Positions 52,106-63,405 of a DNA stretch of 64,000 bases are shown here, piece after piece (position 1 is the stretch's first letter; the number at the start of each line of letters is the position of its first letter). The notes under the pieces are model-generated. The model ran no database searches, was not told the DNA's origin, and saw nothing but the letters and a program-made list of their open reading frames with translations. Location: the NCBI GenBank assembly GCA_002506365.1, contig DAXK01000045.1, positions 6,301 through 70,300 on the forward strand, read 5' to 3'. The stretch is from an archaeon UBA583. GTDB lineage: Archaea > Nanobdellota > Nanobdellia > Woesearchaeales > UBA583. The position numbers and the translations under genes were made by a program.

Positions 52106-53917
52106 TTATTTTAAAGCCGCTAGAGCTTCAAAATCATCAAGCATCCCTTCAATAACTGAAAGTCCACTTTGAAAATACTCTGGCTTAGAAATATCCATTC
52201 CAATCGTTTTCTTAACTAATTCAGCAGGAGGCAAACTCCCTCCAGACTTTAAAAACTCCTTATACTTAGGAATAAAACTTTCCCCTTCTTCCTTATACTT
52301 ATTATACAAAGCAAAAGTTAAAATATTTCCAAAACTATAAGCGTAACAATAAAACGGACTTCTAAAAATATGAGGAATTGAACTCCAAGTTGAAGTCTTA
52401 TCACCCTCAACTCTTACAATTGCATCTCCACTCATCTTATTAACCTCTTCTCCCCAAGCCTTATTAAAATCCTCATAACCAAGCCCCTCACCTGAATGAA
52501 TTGCCTTATGACATCTTCTCTCAAATAAAATATATTGAATTTGTCTATGAATAGTTGCAAAAGTACTCCCTAAATTTTCATCTAAATAAGATAACTTCTC
52601 ATCATCAGACATTTGACTCATTAAAGTCTCCGACAAAATCATCTCATTAAACACTGAAGCAGTCTCAGCTAAACACATCCCAGTAGAATAAACTTCCGCC
52701 TCTTGAGCTTGTGATAAATGTCCATGTGTAGCGTGTCCTAACTCATGAGCAAGTGTAGAAACATCTCCTAACTTATTAGTCCAATTTAATAAAACATAAC
52801 TCTCAAATCCTTTATCATAACAAGCAAACGCTCCACCTCTCTTCCCCTTCCCAGGAAAAACATCAACACGCGCATTCTCAAACATATTAACAGAAAAATC
52901 ATAAAACTCAACATCAAACTTCTTAATCGTATCTAAAAATAATTTCAAACCATCTTCAAAAGTATATTCCTTCTCAACCTTATCTAATGGAGCCATAACA
53001 TCCCAAACATTTAATTTATCCTTCCCCATTAACTTAGCCTTAATCTTTAAATACTTTTGATACATAGGATAAGACTTTTCAACTTCAGATAATAAAGTAT
53101 CAACAACATCATCGGAAAGCTCCTCAGACTTATTTCGACGACTCATAACATGGTCATATCCACGAATATTTAATTCACTAGTACAATCCTTTAAAATATT
53201 AGAATAACAATTACCTAATACAATTTGCGTCTTCTCATCTTCAAAAACTTCACGAATAGATTCATAAGCATTCTTACGAACTCTCTCATCAGTAGACTGT
53301 CTTAAAGCTCTAACCTCTGAATCAGTAACCATCTTATCTTCCTCAGTTTCAAAATCATGAACCTTAAACTCAAAAGAACCTGTCAATTCTTCATATAAAC
53401 TTGAAAAAGCAGACTTACCACCACTTGGAGCCTTAAACATTAAAGCCTTCTCAGTCTTCTCATCTAAAACATACTTAATACTTTGAGCAGTTTGATAGAA
53501 ATAATTCTTCCAAGCAGATAACTCTGGCAATTCAGATAATCTAATTAAATCATCATATCCTCTAGCCTTAAACTCTTGCCCTACAAAAGTTAAACCATTA
53601 AAAATTTCAGTAAATTTGTGAGATAACTCTCCTTGTTTCTTTAAAATATCTTGATTTTGAGTATCTAAACTACTTGTATATAACATAAAAATTTGAATCT
53701 TTGAAACAATTGTTCCATACTCATTTTCATCGGCAAAAAACTCAACAAACTTATCGTCAGCCAAACCAGAAATTTTCCCAGTATATTTAGAAATAAAACT
53801 ATCAACAAGAGAAGATATTTTATTCACATCTTCGGCAATTTGCGGATCAGCAACACTAGTATAATAATCTTTCATATCCCAACTTGTTTTAGCATTTTTA
53901 ATATTAAATTCACTCAT
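52106..53917 (-). CDS. pepF: Oligoendopeptidase F (peptidase M3B)
   Basis: TLAHELGHATHGHLS (HEXXH) in the M3 context. 603 aa. Confidence 0.85.
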   Translation of the reverse strand: MSEFNIKNAKTSWDMKDYYTSVADPQIAEDVNKISSLVDSFISKYTGKISGLADDKFVEFFADENEYGTIVSKIQIFMLYTSSLDTQNQDILKKQGELSHKFTEIFNGLTFVGQEFKARGYDDLIRLSELPELSAWKNYFYQTAQSIKYVLDEKTEKALMFKAPSGGKSAFSSLYEELTGSFEFKVHDFETEEDKMVTDSEVRALRQSTDERVRKNAYESIREVFEDEKTQIVLGNCYSNILKDCTSELNIRGYDHVMSRRNKSEELSDDVVDTLLSEVEKSYPMYQKYLKIKAKLMGKDKLNVWDVMAPLDKVEKEYTFEDGLKLFLDTIKKFDVEFYDFSVNMFENARVDVFPGKGKRGGAFACYDKGFESYVLLNWTNKLGDVSTLAHELGHATHGHLSQAQEAEVYSTGMCLAETASVFNEMILSETLMSQMSDDEKLSYLDENLGSTFATIHRQIQYILFERRCHKAIHSGEGLGYEDFNKAWGEEVNKMSGDAIVRVEGDKTSTWSSIPHIFRSPFYCYAYSFGNILTFALYNKYKEEGESFIPKYKEFLKSGGSLPPAELVKKTIGMDISKPEYFQSGLSVIEGMLDDFEALAALK

Positions 53918-54115
53918 AAATAAATATCTAAAATAGATTATATAAATATAATGTGTCTTAAACCAAAACCAACTAATCTATAATAATAATCTAAAAATAA
54001 TATTAAATAGTCTTATTTAAAAATAAACAAATACAATTTTTATATATAGAACATTATATAATACAATATAATACAAAATTAATAATATATTAATATTAAT
54101 CAATAATAATTAAAA

Positions 54116-55666
54116 ATGAACTCAAAAATCACATTCGACACTTTAGGATTAAATGAAACAATTCTAAACACAATTAAAAAGAAAGGATTTGAATATCCAA
54201 GTAAAATCCAAGCAAAAATAATTCCATTAATGCTTGAAAATAAACACGATATTATTGGAATTTCACAAACAGGAAGTGGAAAAACAGCAAGTTTTGGACT
54301 CCCATTAATCCAAACAATCAAACCACACAACAAAACACCAAAAGTAATTATTCTAACTCCAACAAGAGAACTTGCAATCCAAGTAACAAACGATTTAGAA
54401 TCATACGGAAAACCAAACGCCAAAACAGAAAACCCACTAAAAATATTAACAGTGTACGGTGGAACAGCAATGAAATATCAAATTGATAGATTAGATAGAG
54501 GAGTGGACATTGTTGTGGGAACACCAGGAAGAGTTTTAGATTTAATTGATAAAAGAATTCTAAATCTAGAAAATGTAGAAAATTTTATTTTAGATGAAGC
54601 TGATGAAATGCTAAACATGGGATTTATCGATGATATTGAAGATATATTATACTACACACCAAAACACAAAAAAGTATTACTATTCTCAGCAACAATGCCA
54701 CAAAAAATTAAAGATTTATCAAAAAGATATATGAACAATCAAGTAATCGTTGAAGTAAAATCTAAAATCGAAACTAAATCAAAAATTAATCAAGAATATA
54801 TAATGCTCGACTTATCAGATAAATTTCCAACTCTTTGTAAACTAATTGATATGGAAGAATCTTTTTATGGAATTGTATTCGCTATGACAAAAGATAGCGT
54901 AAATGAAGTAACTCAAAGACTAAAGAAAGCTGGATATTTAGCAGACTGCATTCACGGAGACATCCAACAAAACAAAAGAGAAAGAATTTTAACAGATTTC
55001 AAAGAATCAAAAATTAATATTTTAGTTGCAACAGATGTAGCAGCCAGAGGAATTGACATTAACGATTTAACACATGTAATTAATTACTCATTACCAAAAG
55101 AAGTAGAATCATACGTTCATAGAATTGGAAGAACTGGTAGAGCTGGAAAATCAGGACACGCAATCTCCTTAGTAACGCCAGCACAAAAGTTTATGATTTT
55201 CGATATTCAAGAACAAACAGAACTCCCAATTTACAGAATTGACATCCCAACTGATAAAGATGTATTTAACAGTAAAGTATCCAACATTAAAAAAGATGTA
55301 AATAATATCATTGAATCAAACCCTCACTTTGAATACAACGATTTAGCAAAAGACTTAATCAAAACACATGGTCCAGAAAAAGCCTTAAATGCATTATTAC
55401 TAAAACTAAACCAAAATAAAAAAAATAATGGAGTAGTTGAAAGAACAAGATTATTTGTAGCAAAAGGAAAAGTTGACAAATTTGATAAAACAAAATTATT
55501 AGAATTTTTAGAATCGAAAGTAGGATTTAAAATAAATGCTGAAAGTATCAAAATTAACGGAAATTATTCTTTCATTAATGTAGAAGCACAACAAGCCGAA
55601 GAAATAGTTAAAGCTTTCACAAAAAGTGATGGAGAAAGACCATTAGTTGAAAAATCAGCTAAATAA
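54116..55666 (+). CDS. DEAD-box ATP-dependent RNA helicase with a C-terminal RNA-binding extension
   Basis: Motif I SQTGSGKTASF, Ia PTRELA, II DEAD, III SAT, VI HRIGRTGRAG. Confidence 0.9.
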   Translation: MNSKITFDTLGLNETILNTIKKKGFEYPSKIQAKIIPLMLENKHDIIGISQTGSGKTASFGLPLIQTIKPHNKTPKVIILTPTRELAIQVTNDLESYGKPNAKTENPLKILTVYGGTAMKYQIDRLDRGVDIVVGTPGRVLDLIDKRILNLENVENFILDEADEMLNMGFIDDIEDILYYTPKHKKVLLFSATMPQKIKDLSKRYMNNQVIVEVKSKIETKSKINQEYIMLDLSDKFPTLCKLIDMEESFYGIVFAMTKDSVNEVTQRLKKAGYLADCIHGDIQQNKRERILTDFKESKINILVATDVAARGIDINDLTHVINYSLPKEVESYVHRIGRTGRAGKSGHAISLVTPAQKFMIFDIQEQTELPIYRIDIPTDKDVFNSKVSNIKKDVNNIIESNPHFEYNDLAKDLIKTHGPEKALNALLLKLNQNKKNNGVVERTRLFVAKGKVDKFDKTKLLEFLESKVGFKINAESIKINGNYSFINVEAQQAEEIVKAFTKSDGERPLVEKSAK

Positions 55667-55779
55667 TTTTTATTTTAAAAATAATTATAATTACAAAAAT
55701 AATAATTATAATATTTGTAACTGTTAATAACAACAAAACATAAATATTATAAATACTTTATTTTTATTTATTTCTATAA

Positions 55780-56304
55780 ATGGAACTCCCAGAAAACTCA
55801 CTGCTAGGAAATCAACTATTTTTCCCATCATATAACAAAACAACCAGGCAATACACACTAAAAACACAAACTTCACGAGCTGGATTATACATAGCAGCTC
55901 TGCCAAAAAAAACTAAATTTAATCTCATTTTAGATGGATTTAATTTATTTAACCACTCAAATCAAGAAATAATTGAAGGAAGTTTAAATCAATATCATTT
56001 AAATTGGAGAATTGGCCATCCAAAAATTATATCATTAGAACATGGAATAAGATTCCCACAAACATTAAATCAACTTTTAGAAAATAAATTAATTGAGCAA
56101 ACAACATATACTAACTTTTTTAACAATCAAAACTTTCATCAATTAGATAATGAATTAAGACAAATCCCTGAACACTTACAACAAGTATATTTTGTAACAA
56201 AACTAGGTCACGATAAAATAAGTTTAATACCAAAACAAGGGGAAAAAACTCCAAAAAAACAATCAGAAAGTTTAATAGAAAAACTAACTCCAAGTTTTAA
56301 TTAA
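55780..56304 (+). CDS. Hypothetical protein (174 aa)
   Basis: ORF only; Q/N-rich. Confidence 0.3.
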   Translation: MELPENSLLGNQLFFPSYNKTTRQYTLKTQTSRAGLYIAALPKKTKFNLILDGFNLFNHSNQEIIEGSLNQYHLNWRIGHPKIISLEHGIRFPQTLNQLLENKLIEQTTYTNFFNNQNFHQLDNELRQIPEHLQQVYFVTKLGHDKISLIPKQGEKTPKKQSESLIEKLTPSFN

Positions 56305-56352
56305 TATACTAATAATGCCTACACTTATAATAACAAACTTACTTTTTTTATT

Positions 56353-56694
56353 ATGAACGAGAAAGCAATTTCAAAACTAAAACAAATTTTAGATATTTTA
56401 GTAAAATTTAATCAAGAAGATAAATATGGTAGTCAAGGATTTAACGATAGAGTAACAGTTGCTCAAGAAATTTTTCACAGAAACAAACAGGATAAAGAAT
56501 TTATGACAGCTTATAATAAATTATTAAACAAACAAACAACAATGTTTAGTAAATTAATCCAAGCAGAAATTGTTGTAAAAGAAAAAAAAGAAAAAAAAGT
56601 TTTCAAGAAAAATCCAAACAAACCTACAAAAGTAGTCCCAGGAGCTAAAAAATATACAAAACCAGGAACAAAACCTGCTAACTTTCAAAAATAA
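56353..56694 (+). CDS. Hypothetical basic protein (113 aa)
   Basis: ORF only; K-rich C-terminus. Confidence 0.35.
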   Translation: MNEKAISKLKQILDILVKFNQEDKYGSQGFNDRVTVAQEIFHRNKQDKEFMTAYNKLLNKQTTMFSKLIQAEIVVKEKKEKKVFKKNPNKPTKVVPGAKKYTKPGTKPANFQK

Positions 56695-56770
56695 ATAATA
56701 AATACTAAATTATAATAAATAATAACTAATAAAAATAATTAATTATTTTTATTTTTATCTTTTTTAACAA

Positions 56771-57253
56771 TTATTCACCAATTCTAACTTTAATTTTATC
56801 ATAATTTTCATCCATTGGTTCAAAATCTAACGAAGATTTAACCCCTTGACTAAATGAATAATCTCTAAACTCATCAACTCCAAATTTATCATCTCCATCA
56901 CAAAATCCTTCATATTCTCCCTTAAGCCCAGATTTAGGTTTAGTTAAATAAGCAACTTGCCCAACTTTATTATTATCATTTAAAATAAACAAAACTAAAT
57001 ATGAATCAAAACCTCTCTCATCAAAACAAAACTCTTGTTTATTAATTTGATACCCAATTAACCTAATTCCAGAATCAATTCCCCTAAAAGTATGTTTATC
57101 AATATCATAATTTAAAATTGTTTCCAAATTTAATTTTTCACCCTCAGCATTCAATTCACAAAAAACCTTAAATCCTTTCCCAGAATTATTTTCATTATAA
57201 TCATTTAAATAACAAGGTTTATTCAAAATACTCATATTCATAATTCTAAACAA
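56771..57253 (-). CDS. Hypothetical protein (160 aa)
   Basis: ORF only. Confidence 0.35.
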   Translation of the reverse strand: MFRIMNMSILNKPCYLNDYNENNSGKGFKVFCELNAEGEKLNLETILNYDIDKHTFRGIDSGIRLIGYQINKQEFCFDERGFDSYLVLFILNDNNKVGQVAYLTKPKSGLKGEYEGFCDGDDKFGVDEFRDYSFSQGVKSSLDFEPMDENYDKIKVRIGE

Positions 57254-57360
57254 TTCTTATTATTTATAAATATCAACTATAAAAATTTACTCCTAATATT
57301 ATAAATAAACAAATAGAAATAAACAAATAAATAAAAATAGTATAAATAATTTAAACTAAA

Positions 57361-58557
57361 TTACTTACCACTTGTGATTTCAATCACATCACCAAACTTT
57401 AACACATAATCTTTTCCAACCATCATTTTAGATTTAACATCAGTTGCTTTAATAAAATGTTTTCCAAAATCAGTATGTAATCTATATGCAAAATCAAGCG
57501 CAGTCGCCTCCTTATGCATTAAAAAACAATCAACAATAACATTCTCCTTTTTCCCCTCAATTTTCTTTAAACCACCAGGATAAATAGGTTTCATCTCCAG
57601 TAATTCAAAAACAGCACAATTTAATGCTTGTTGAACACCAGTCCCACCAATTGTTTTAATATCCTTAGCAATTAAATTTAATCCATTCTTTTGGGCATCA
57701 TTTAACTTAGTTTCATCAATAATTTCAAAATTATCTTCTCCATAAATATAATTAACAAATTTCGCATCATTTGCTTTTTTTAAATTAAATTCATAATTAG
57801 CAGTAACTGGAATTATTTTATAATGTGGAAACTCCTTTTTTAAAGCATTTAATTTTATTTCCCATAAATTATCATCCATTAAAATATCACACTTATTAGC
57901 GGCAATAATCATCTGTTTAGAAACTTCACGAAGTTTTTTACACAACTCAAATAAATTATCCCCAACATTATCTTTAGTTAAACCAAGAGAATCAACAGCT
58001 ATTCTAATTTGTCTTTCATTAATATTTAAACCTGAAATAACTGAACCAATAGCAACTTCAATTTTTTCATCCTTTAATCTCATTTTTTTTTCAATATTTT
58101 TCCAATGTTTACTAATTACATTAAAAAACCATTGATTTAATTCTTCCTCTAAAAATCTAATATCATTAGCCGGATTATAAGAATTAATTTCAACTTTCTC
58201 TCCATGACCATTTGTAGATCCAGATAAATCAATTACATGAATTAAAGCATCAGCTTGTCTTAAATCATCTAAAAACTTATTTCCTAAACCTTTTCCCTCA
58301 GAAGCTCCAGGAACTAATCCAGCAACATCAATAATCTCAATTGGCACAAATCTCCAATCTCCTTGAACAAATCCATCTCTAGGTGTAGAATGATTATTAA
58401 AAAAAACAGCAGGGTCTTCAGTTTTCACATACCCAATAGCAGAATTAGCATCAATAGTTGTAAATGGAAAATCTCCAGATTCAACATCAGCTAAAGTTAA
58501 ACTTCTAAAAAAAGCGGATTTACCTACATTAGGTTTTCCTACAATACCAATTATCAT
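57361..58557 (-). CDS. Obg-family GTPase of the archaeal Ygr210/YchF(OLA1)-like type with a C-terminal TGS-like domain
   Basis: G1 IVGKPNVGKS at the extreme N-terminus, G2 FTTI, G3 DVAGLV. 398 aa, C-terminal beta-grasp-like region. Confidence 0.8.
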   Translation of the reverse strand: MIIGIVGKPNVGKSAFFRSLTLADVESGDFPFTTIDANSAIGYVKTEDPAVFFNNHSTPRDGFVQGDWRFVPIEIIDVAGLVPGASEGKGLGNKFLDDLRQADALIHVIDLSGSTNGHGEKVEINSYNPANDIRFLEEELNQWFFNVISKHWKNIEKKMRLKDEKIEVAIGSVISGLNINERQIRIAVDSLGLTKDNVGDNLFELCKKLREVSKQMIIAANKCDILMDDNLWEIKLNALKKEFPHYKIIPVTANYEFNLKKANDAKFVNYIYGEDNFEIIDETKLNDAQKNGLNLIAKDIKTIGGTGVQQALNCAVFELLEMKPIYPGGLKKIEGKKENVIVDCFLMHKEATALDFAYRLHTDFGKHFIKATDVKSKMMVGKDYVLKFGDVIEITSGK

Positions 58558-58666
58558 AATAAAAAATATAATTGGGAGATTATAAATATTTAGAATATAA
58601 TTTTACGGACTTACCAACATTTGGTTTTATTTTTTCAAAAAAATAAAAATAAGTCAATTTTTCATT

Positions 58667-59368
58667 TCAAATTAACTCTTTAGCATCTGACTCAATACTA
58701 CAAACTAAAATTTTACTAATTTGTGAATAACTAAAATCACTTTGACTTTTCCAAACATTAAAAGCATTCTGAATTGCTTGTAAATCAGATTTAGAAGTTG
58801 GAGCATAATCTGACTTATTTGAACTAACAACACCCTCACGCAATAAAACCTTCACAACATCTCGCGTTAAAAAATAAGCATCAAAGCCAACTGAACGCAA
58901 AAAATATGCGGTTGTAGTAATTCCAAACCTATTCCCATTTTTATTTAAATACTTATACAATCCATACTGGTCATCCTTTGGCCAACTAACTAAAAACTTC
59001 CCAAAACTCCCATATTCTTTAGCAATCTGTTCAAAAAACTCTGCATTAAAAATTACAGATTGAACTTTTCTTAAATTTCTAACAATTCTATCATCACTCA
59101 TAATATTTTCATACTCATCAGGTGAAATATTATTTAATCTACTAACATCAAACTTAAAAAAAACTTCTTCAAAACCTTCCCACTTATTTTCAATAACTTT
59201 CCAACTAAAAGCACTTTGAAAAACTCTCTTAGAAATCTCAGATAAATACCTATCATCAGATATTTTTAATAATTCTAAATCAGATTTTAAATTTAAACTT
59301 CCAAAAATCTCACAATCGCTCCCCTTTCTAGCTAGAGCAAACTGATAAATTTCATTAATATCTCTCAT
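58667..59368 (-). CDS. tag: DNA-3-methyladenine glycosylase I (Tag)-like
   Basis: ..DDRIVRNLRKVQSVIFNAEFFEQIAKEYGSFGKFLVSW.. and ..RFGITTTAYFLRSVGFDAYFLTRD.. align to conserved Tag blocks (IIRhRgKIqA.I.NA...l..e.gsF..fvWsF ; KrGFkFvGtTicYsFmQAcGlVnDH). The N-terminus is divergent. Confidence 0.55.
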   Translation of the reverse strand: MRDINEIYQFALARKGSDCEIFGSLNLKSDLELLKISDDRYLSEISKRVFQSAFSWKVIENKWEGFEEVFFKFDVSRLNNISPDEYENIMSDDRIVRNLRKVQSVIFNAEFFEQIAKEYGSFGKFLVSWPKDDQYGLYKYLNKNGNRFGITTTAYFLRSVGFDAYFLTRDVVKVLLREGVVSSNKSDYAPTSKSDLQAIQNAFNVWKSQSDFSYSQISKILVCSIESDAKELI

Positions 59369-59485
59369 AATATTATTTAAAATTAAATTATTATAAAATT
59401 AACTCAAAAATAAAAATAAAAATAAATAAAATAAAGTAAAAACAAAAATAAAAAAGAAATAAAATAAAAACAAAATTTAAAATAA

Positions 59486-60640
59486 TTATTTAGTTTTCTT
59501 CAAATTAAAAACAACAATTTCATTTTGAGAACCAAGCCTCATCTTAGGACCCCACAATCCAGCTCCATCAGTCACATAAACAAAAGTATCAAAAATTTCA
59601 TAAAATCCATCTGAATAATCATACATCAAATCAACAATTAAAGTAGCTGGAAAAATTTGACCTCCGTGAGTATGACCATACAACAATAAATCAAACCCGT
59701 AACCTGCAGCAAACTCAACATTTCTAGGTTCATGATACAAAAGCATAGAAAACTTATCATCATCTAATTTAATCCCATTCAAATAATCCTTAAACAAATC
59801 ATTACTTCTTTCATAATCAATTCCAACAATCTCAAGTTCTCCAAAATTAACTTTTTTATTATTTAAAACAGTAATTGTTTCAATATCTGATAAATATTCA
59901 AATATCTTATCAGGAAAATGATAAAACTCATGATTCCCTCTTTCAAAATAAACTGGAACACCTAAAGTTTTAAACTTATCAAAATCTTCTTTTTCATACT
60001 TTTCAAAATCAATCAAATCACCCGTAAAAACAATAAACTCAGGATTTTGAGCTAACGCCAAATCTAAAACATTTTCCATATATTCTTGATTAACTGTTCC
60101 ATATTGGATATCTGAAATCTGAACAAATTTATAATCTCTATCAAGCTTTGAAGAATTAATAGAATAACTCTCAACCGCCAAAGGCTTTTCAAAATTATAA
60201 ATAGATAAAATAACTAAAAAAATAAAACTTAAAGAAAAAAAATACTTAACAAACTTAAAATCTAATAACTCACGAGCTCTAAAAACCCACAAAAAAACAT
60301 TTAACATCCAATAAATAAAAGATACAGTAAATGCAACTGCCATAATTCCTAAATAATACGAACTAATTCTTGTAATTTCCACTGAAATAAGTCGTGAAAA
60401 AATAAAAATAATCATATAAACAACATTAAACCCAAAAGTATAAGTTAAGATTTTAGCTTTCTCACAATGAAAAAATTGTTTATTTAACATTAACATAAAT
60501 GGAAATGTGCAAACTCCTAAAAGCAACTGCGCAACAATCATAAACATTAAAAAAAATAATATAGATTCTAATACCATAAAATAATAAACCAAAATACAAT
60601 TAAAAATAAATGTTGTAACTAACAAACTAACAAACAACAA
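59486..60640 (-). CDS. Membrane-anchored metallophosphoesterase (YkuE-like)
   Basis: N-terminal multi-TM domain, then GDLID, GNHEF and GHTHGGQ. Confidence 0.7.
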   Translation of the reverse strand: MLFVSLLVTTFIFNCILVYYFMVLESILFFLMFMIVAQLLLGVCTFPFMLMLNKQFFHCEKAKILTYTFGFNVVYMIIFIFSRLISVEITRISSYYLGIMAVAFTVSFIYWMLNVFLWVFRARELLDFKFVKYFFSLSFIFLVILSIYNFEKPLAVESYSINSSKLDRDYKFVQISDIQYGTVNQEYMENVLDLALAQNPEFIVFTGDLIDFEKYEKEDFDKFKTLGVPVYFERGNHEFYHFPDKIFEYLSDIETITVLNNKKVNFGELEIVGIDYERSNDLFKDYLNGIKLDDDKFSMLLYHEPRNVEFAAGYGFDLLLYGHTHGGQIFPATLIVDLMYDYSDGFYEIFDTFVYVTDGAGLWGPKMRLGSQNEIVVFNLKKTK

Positions 60641-60694
60641 ACTAACAAAATTAATAGAACTAATTTTATAAACTAATTTTTATTATTACAAACT

Positions 60695-61414
60695 ATGACA
60701 CTAAACTCATTTTCATTAAATTTACCATTATATGAAAAAAACCTTTCAATAGAAAATCCAACCCAATTAGTAAAACATTTTCAAACTGATAATTTTATAA
60801 CAATTGAAAAACTTGAAAATATAATTTCTCCGATTCAAAACTTTTCACCATGTTCAATGTTACTAGAAAACCAAAATGATTTATTTTACCATCTACAAAA
60901 ACTCCACACAATAAGTTCAGCCCATTACAAACTAGGAATAACTCATAATATGAAAGGAAAATTTCCACACTCTTGTTGCGGAATATCTTCTGATAACTTA
61001 AACTTTTCACTATTACAACTAGGATATGAAAACTCAATGAAAGTATCATCAGATAAAGAATTTGACCACGAATATAATTTATTACCATTCACCCTAAAAA
61101 AAGAAAATAAAAAAGGAGTAATAATAATAGATCCAACATCAGACCAACTATGGCACAAACTCCATCCAAAACAAAGACCAAAAAATATGATAACTGTTCA
61201 CTTTTCAAACATTTGGGAATATAAAACTAACTGGCATAATGGGGCAAATTTATCTCCTGATGGAATTACAAATAAAAGAACAATCAAAGATACACTAACT
61301 TGGAATAAAAATAAATCAAAAAATACTAAAATAAGTTTTCAAAATTTTCACGAAGGATTAGCCCAAATTGAAATTTTTAAATCATTAAAAAATCCAATTA
61401 AATTAAACATTTAA
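60695..61414 (+). CDS. Hypothetical protein (239 aa)
   Basis: ORF only. Confidence 0.35.
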   Translation: MTLNSFSLNLPLYEKNLSIENPTQLVKHFQTDNFITIEKLENIISPIQNFSPCSMLLENQNDLFYHLQKLHTISSAHYKLGITHNMKGKFPHSCCGISSDNLNFSLLQLGYENSMKVSSDKEFDHEYNLLPFTLKKENKKGVIIIDPTSDQLWHKLHPKQRPKNMITVHFSNIWEYKTNWHNGANLSPDGITNKRTIKDTLTWNKNKSKNTKISFQNFHEGLAQIEIFKSLKNPIKLNI

Positions 61415-61465
61415 AATTTATAATTTAACCATCTAACTCTATAATATAACTACAACTTGTGACAA

Positions 61466-62866
61466 ATGAGTTTTATAAAACCAACAAACAAAAATAAATT
61501 AATGGTAGAAAAAAAAACACCAGTTTCTAAACCTAAAACAAAGGAAAAAGAAACTAAAATGAAGACTTCAAAAGAAAATTCAAAAGTTAAAACAGAAGAA
61601 AAAAAAATTGAAGAAAAAAAAGTAAAAACTAAAAAATCAACAACTAAAAAATCAGAACCAAAAAAAAAAGTTTCTAAAGCTTCTGATTCAAAAAAAACAC
61701 AAACTAAATCAACTAAAAAAGTTGAAGAAAAAAAAGTTGAAACTAAAAAATCAACAACTAAAAAAACTAAAAAGAAAATTAGTGAATCAAAACTTTGGAA
61801 AGTTTTATCATTAGTATTAGTAATTGTAGTAGTATTTTTAGCATTTGCAATTGGAATTAAATTCTTTACTGGAACTTCATCAGATGATTCATTTGAAAAA
61901 GAATTAGATAAAAAAGTTGAAGACTTAAACAATCCAATCCTAACAACACCATCAAATACTGATGTTTCATTACTAATTGTAGAAGATAAAAATTGTGCTA
62001 ATTGTCAAGTTGACTTTTTAGCTGAACAAATTAAATTAAACTTAATTCCAAATTTAACAGTTGAAAAAACACAATTCGATTCAGACGTAGGTTCAGCAAT
62101 CACACAACAACTAGGAATTAAAATTGTTCCTGTTTTTCTATTTAGTAAAAACTTAGAACAAAGAAAAGATTGGGAAAAATTAGCAAGCGTAATGATCCCA
62201 GTTGAAATTTCAGGAGCTGAATACTTTTTACTAAATCCAATGGCAATTGAATTTAAAACTTTAATTGAAACACCAATTCAAACTGAATCTGCAATCACAT
62301 ACGGAAACAAAGATGCAAAAGTAACATTAGTTGAATTTAGTGACTTTGAATGTCCAGTATGCGCTTTAATGAAAGGAAGTCCTGAATTAACTCAAGAATT
62401 TAAAACTCAAAACCCAACATTCATTCCAACAATTCCAAAAATTATGGAAGAATATGTTGAAACTGGAAAAGTAAAATATGTATTTTATAACTTTCCAATT
62501 GATAGAATTCACCAATCAGCTAGAGCTGCTCACAATGCAGGATTATGTGCTAATGAACAAAATAAATTCAAAGAATATTCAGATGTATTATATCAAAAAA
62601 GATCAAAATGGGTTGAACACACAAATAATACTAAACAAATTTTAACTAACTTTGCTAAAGATTTAGACTTAGATAAATCACAATTTGAAACTTGTATGGA
62701 AACTCAAAAATATAATGATCAAATTGATAGTGAAATGAAATTAGCTCTTCCTTACGGTGTAGCTGGAACTCCAACTTACTTTGTAAATAAACAAATTATC
62801 ACAGGATTAGTTGATTATGAAACATTTAAATCAGTTGTTGAATCTGAATTAGAGAAATCACAATAA
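61466..62866 (+). CDS. Membrane-anchored DsbA-like thiol:disulfide oxidoreductase with a K-rich low-complexity N-terminus
   Basis: K/T-rich repeats (KKVEEKKVETKKSTTKKT x2), TM LSLVLVIVVVFLAFAIGI, then two CxxC motifs (NCANC and FECPVCAL) in a thioredoxin-like context. Confidence 0.6.
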   Translation: MSFIKPTNKNKLMVEKKTPVSKPKTKEKETKMKTSKENSKVKTEEKKIEEKKVKTKKSTTKKSEPKKKVSKASDSKKTQTKSTKKVEEKKVETKKSTTKKTKKKISESKLWKVLSLVLVIVVVFLAFAIGIKFFTGTSSDDSFEKELDKKVEDLNNPILTTPSNTDVSLLIVEDKNCANCQVDFLAEQIKLNLIPNLTVEKTQFDSDVGSAITQQLGIKIVPVFLFSKNLEQRKDWEKLASVMIPVEISGAEYFLLNPMAIEFKTLIETPIQTESAITYGNKDAKVTLVEFSDFECPVCALMKGSPELTQEFKTQNPTFIPTIPKIMEEYVETGKVKYVFYNFPIDRIHQSARAAHNAGLCANEQNKFKEYSDVLYQKRSKWVEHTNNTKQILTNFAKDLDLDKSQFETCMETQKYNDQIDSEMKLALPYGVAGTPTYFVNKQIITGLVDYETFKSVVESELEKSQ

Positions 62867-62875
62867 TAAATCAAA

Positions 62876-63331
62876 ATGATAAATTTTATTTTAATTTATT
62901 TTATTTCTTATTTTTTAACATTTTTAGGTTTTTTACTAGCCAAAGAAGAAGTTGTTAAAGACGAATTAAAAGAAATCCAAAGAGCAATTACATTCTCAGT
63001 TGACGGATTAGTATTTATTACATACATTTTAATGTTATATTTATTTACTGAACACATTATTGTAATTATTATAACTATCACATTATTAATACTTAAATTA
63101 ATTAGTTCACACAAAAAAATTAACTATCTAAAACAAATTCACAATGTATTATTATTTTCATCAACTATATTATTTACATTTAAATTTTCTGATTCAAATT
63201 TAATTTATTTATCAATTATCCCAATGATTGTATTATTTATAGAAAATACAAATCAAAAACTATCTAAAAGGTCTGAAATATACAAATTTGTATTATTAAC
63301 AGTTCTTTTAATCTTATTAAATGTGTTATAA
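62876..63331 (+). CDS. Hypothetical 4-TM membrane protein (151 aa)
   Basis: ORF only. It directly follows the DsbA-like gene and contains no Cys, so it is not VKOR-like. Confidence 0.35.
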   Translation: MINFILIYFISYFLTFLGFLLAKEEVVKDELKEIQRAITFSVDGLVFITYILMLYLFTEHIIVIIITITLLILKLISSHKKINYLKQIHNVLLFSSTILFTFKFSDSNLIYLSIIPMIVLFIENTNQKLSKRSEIYKFVLLTVLLILLNVL

Positions 63332-63405
63332 TTTAACATATTTATTTTTAATTTAACATCTAATTTTCAAAAAGTATATAAATCTCAAAATTCATTTATT
63401 ATCAA

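Noticed and set aside
54100-54423. 107-aa ORF antisense to the 5' end of the DEAD-box helicase gene
   Set aside because: It lies entirely within the strongly supported helicase CDS on the other strand and has a hydrophobic low-complexity composition typical of shadow ORFs in AT-rich DNA. The same applies to 1885..2070, 2176..2421, 2728..2916, 5025..5237, 5087..5272, 9913..10128, 10700..10927, 17260..17469, 18851..19099, 21497..21688, 27728..28009, 32772..32954, 33111..33326, 35271..35561, 38471..38866, 45128..45346, 45186..45491, 47164..47364, 55324..55551, 60795..61088, 60943..61158, 61450..61932 and 62908..63114.
61466-61800. Nucleotide-level tandem repeats at the 5' end of the DsbA-like gene, considered as a possible repeat element
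   Set aside because: They encode in-frame K/E/T-rich low-complexity peptide repeats (KKVEEKKVETKKSTTKK) within a continuous ORF. This is coding low complexity, not a separate element.
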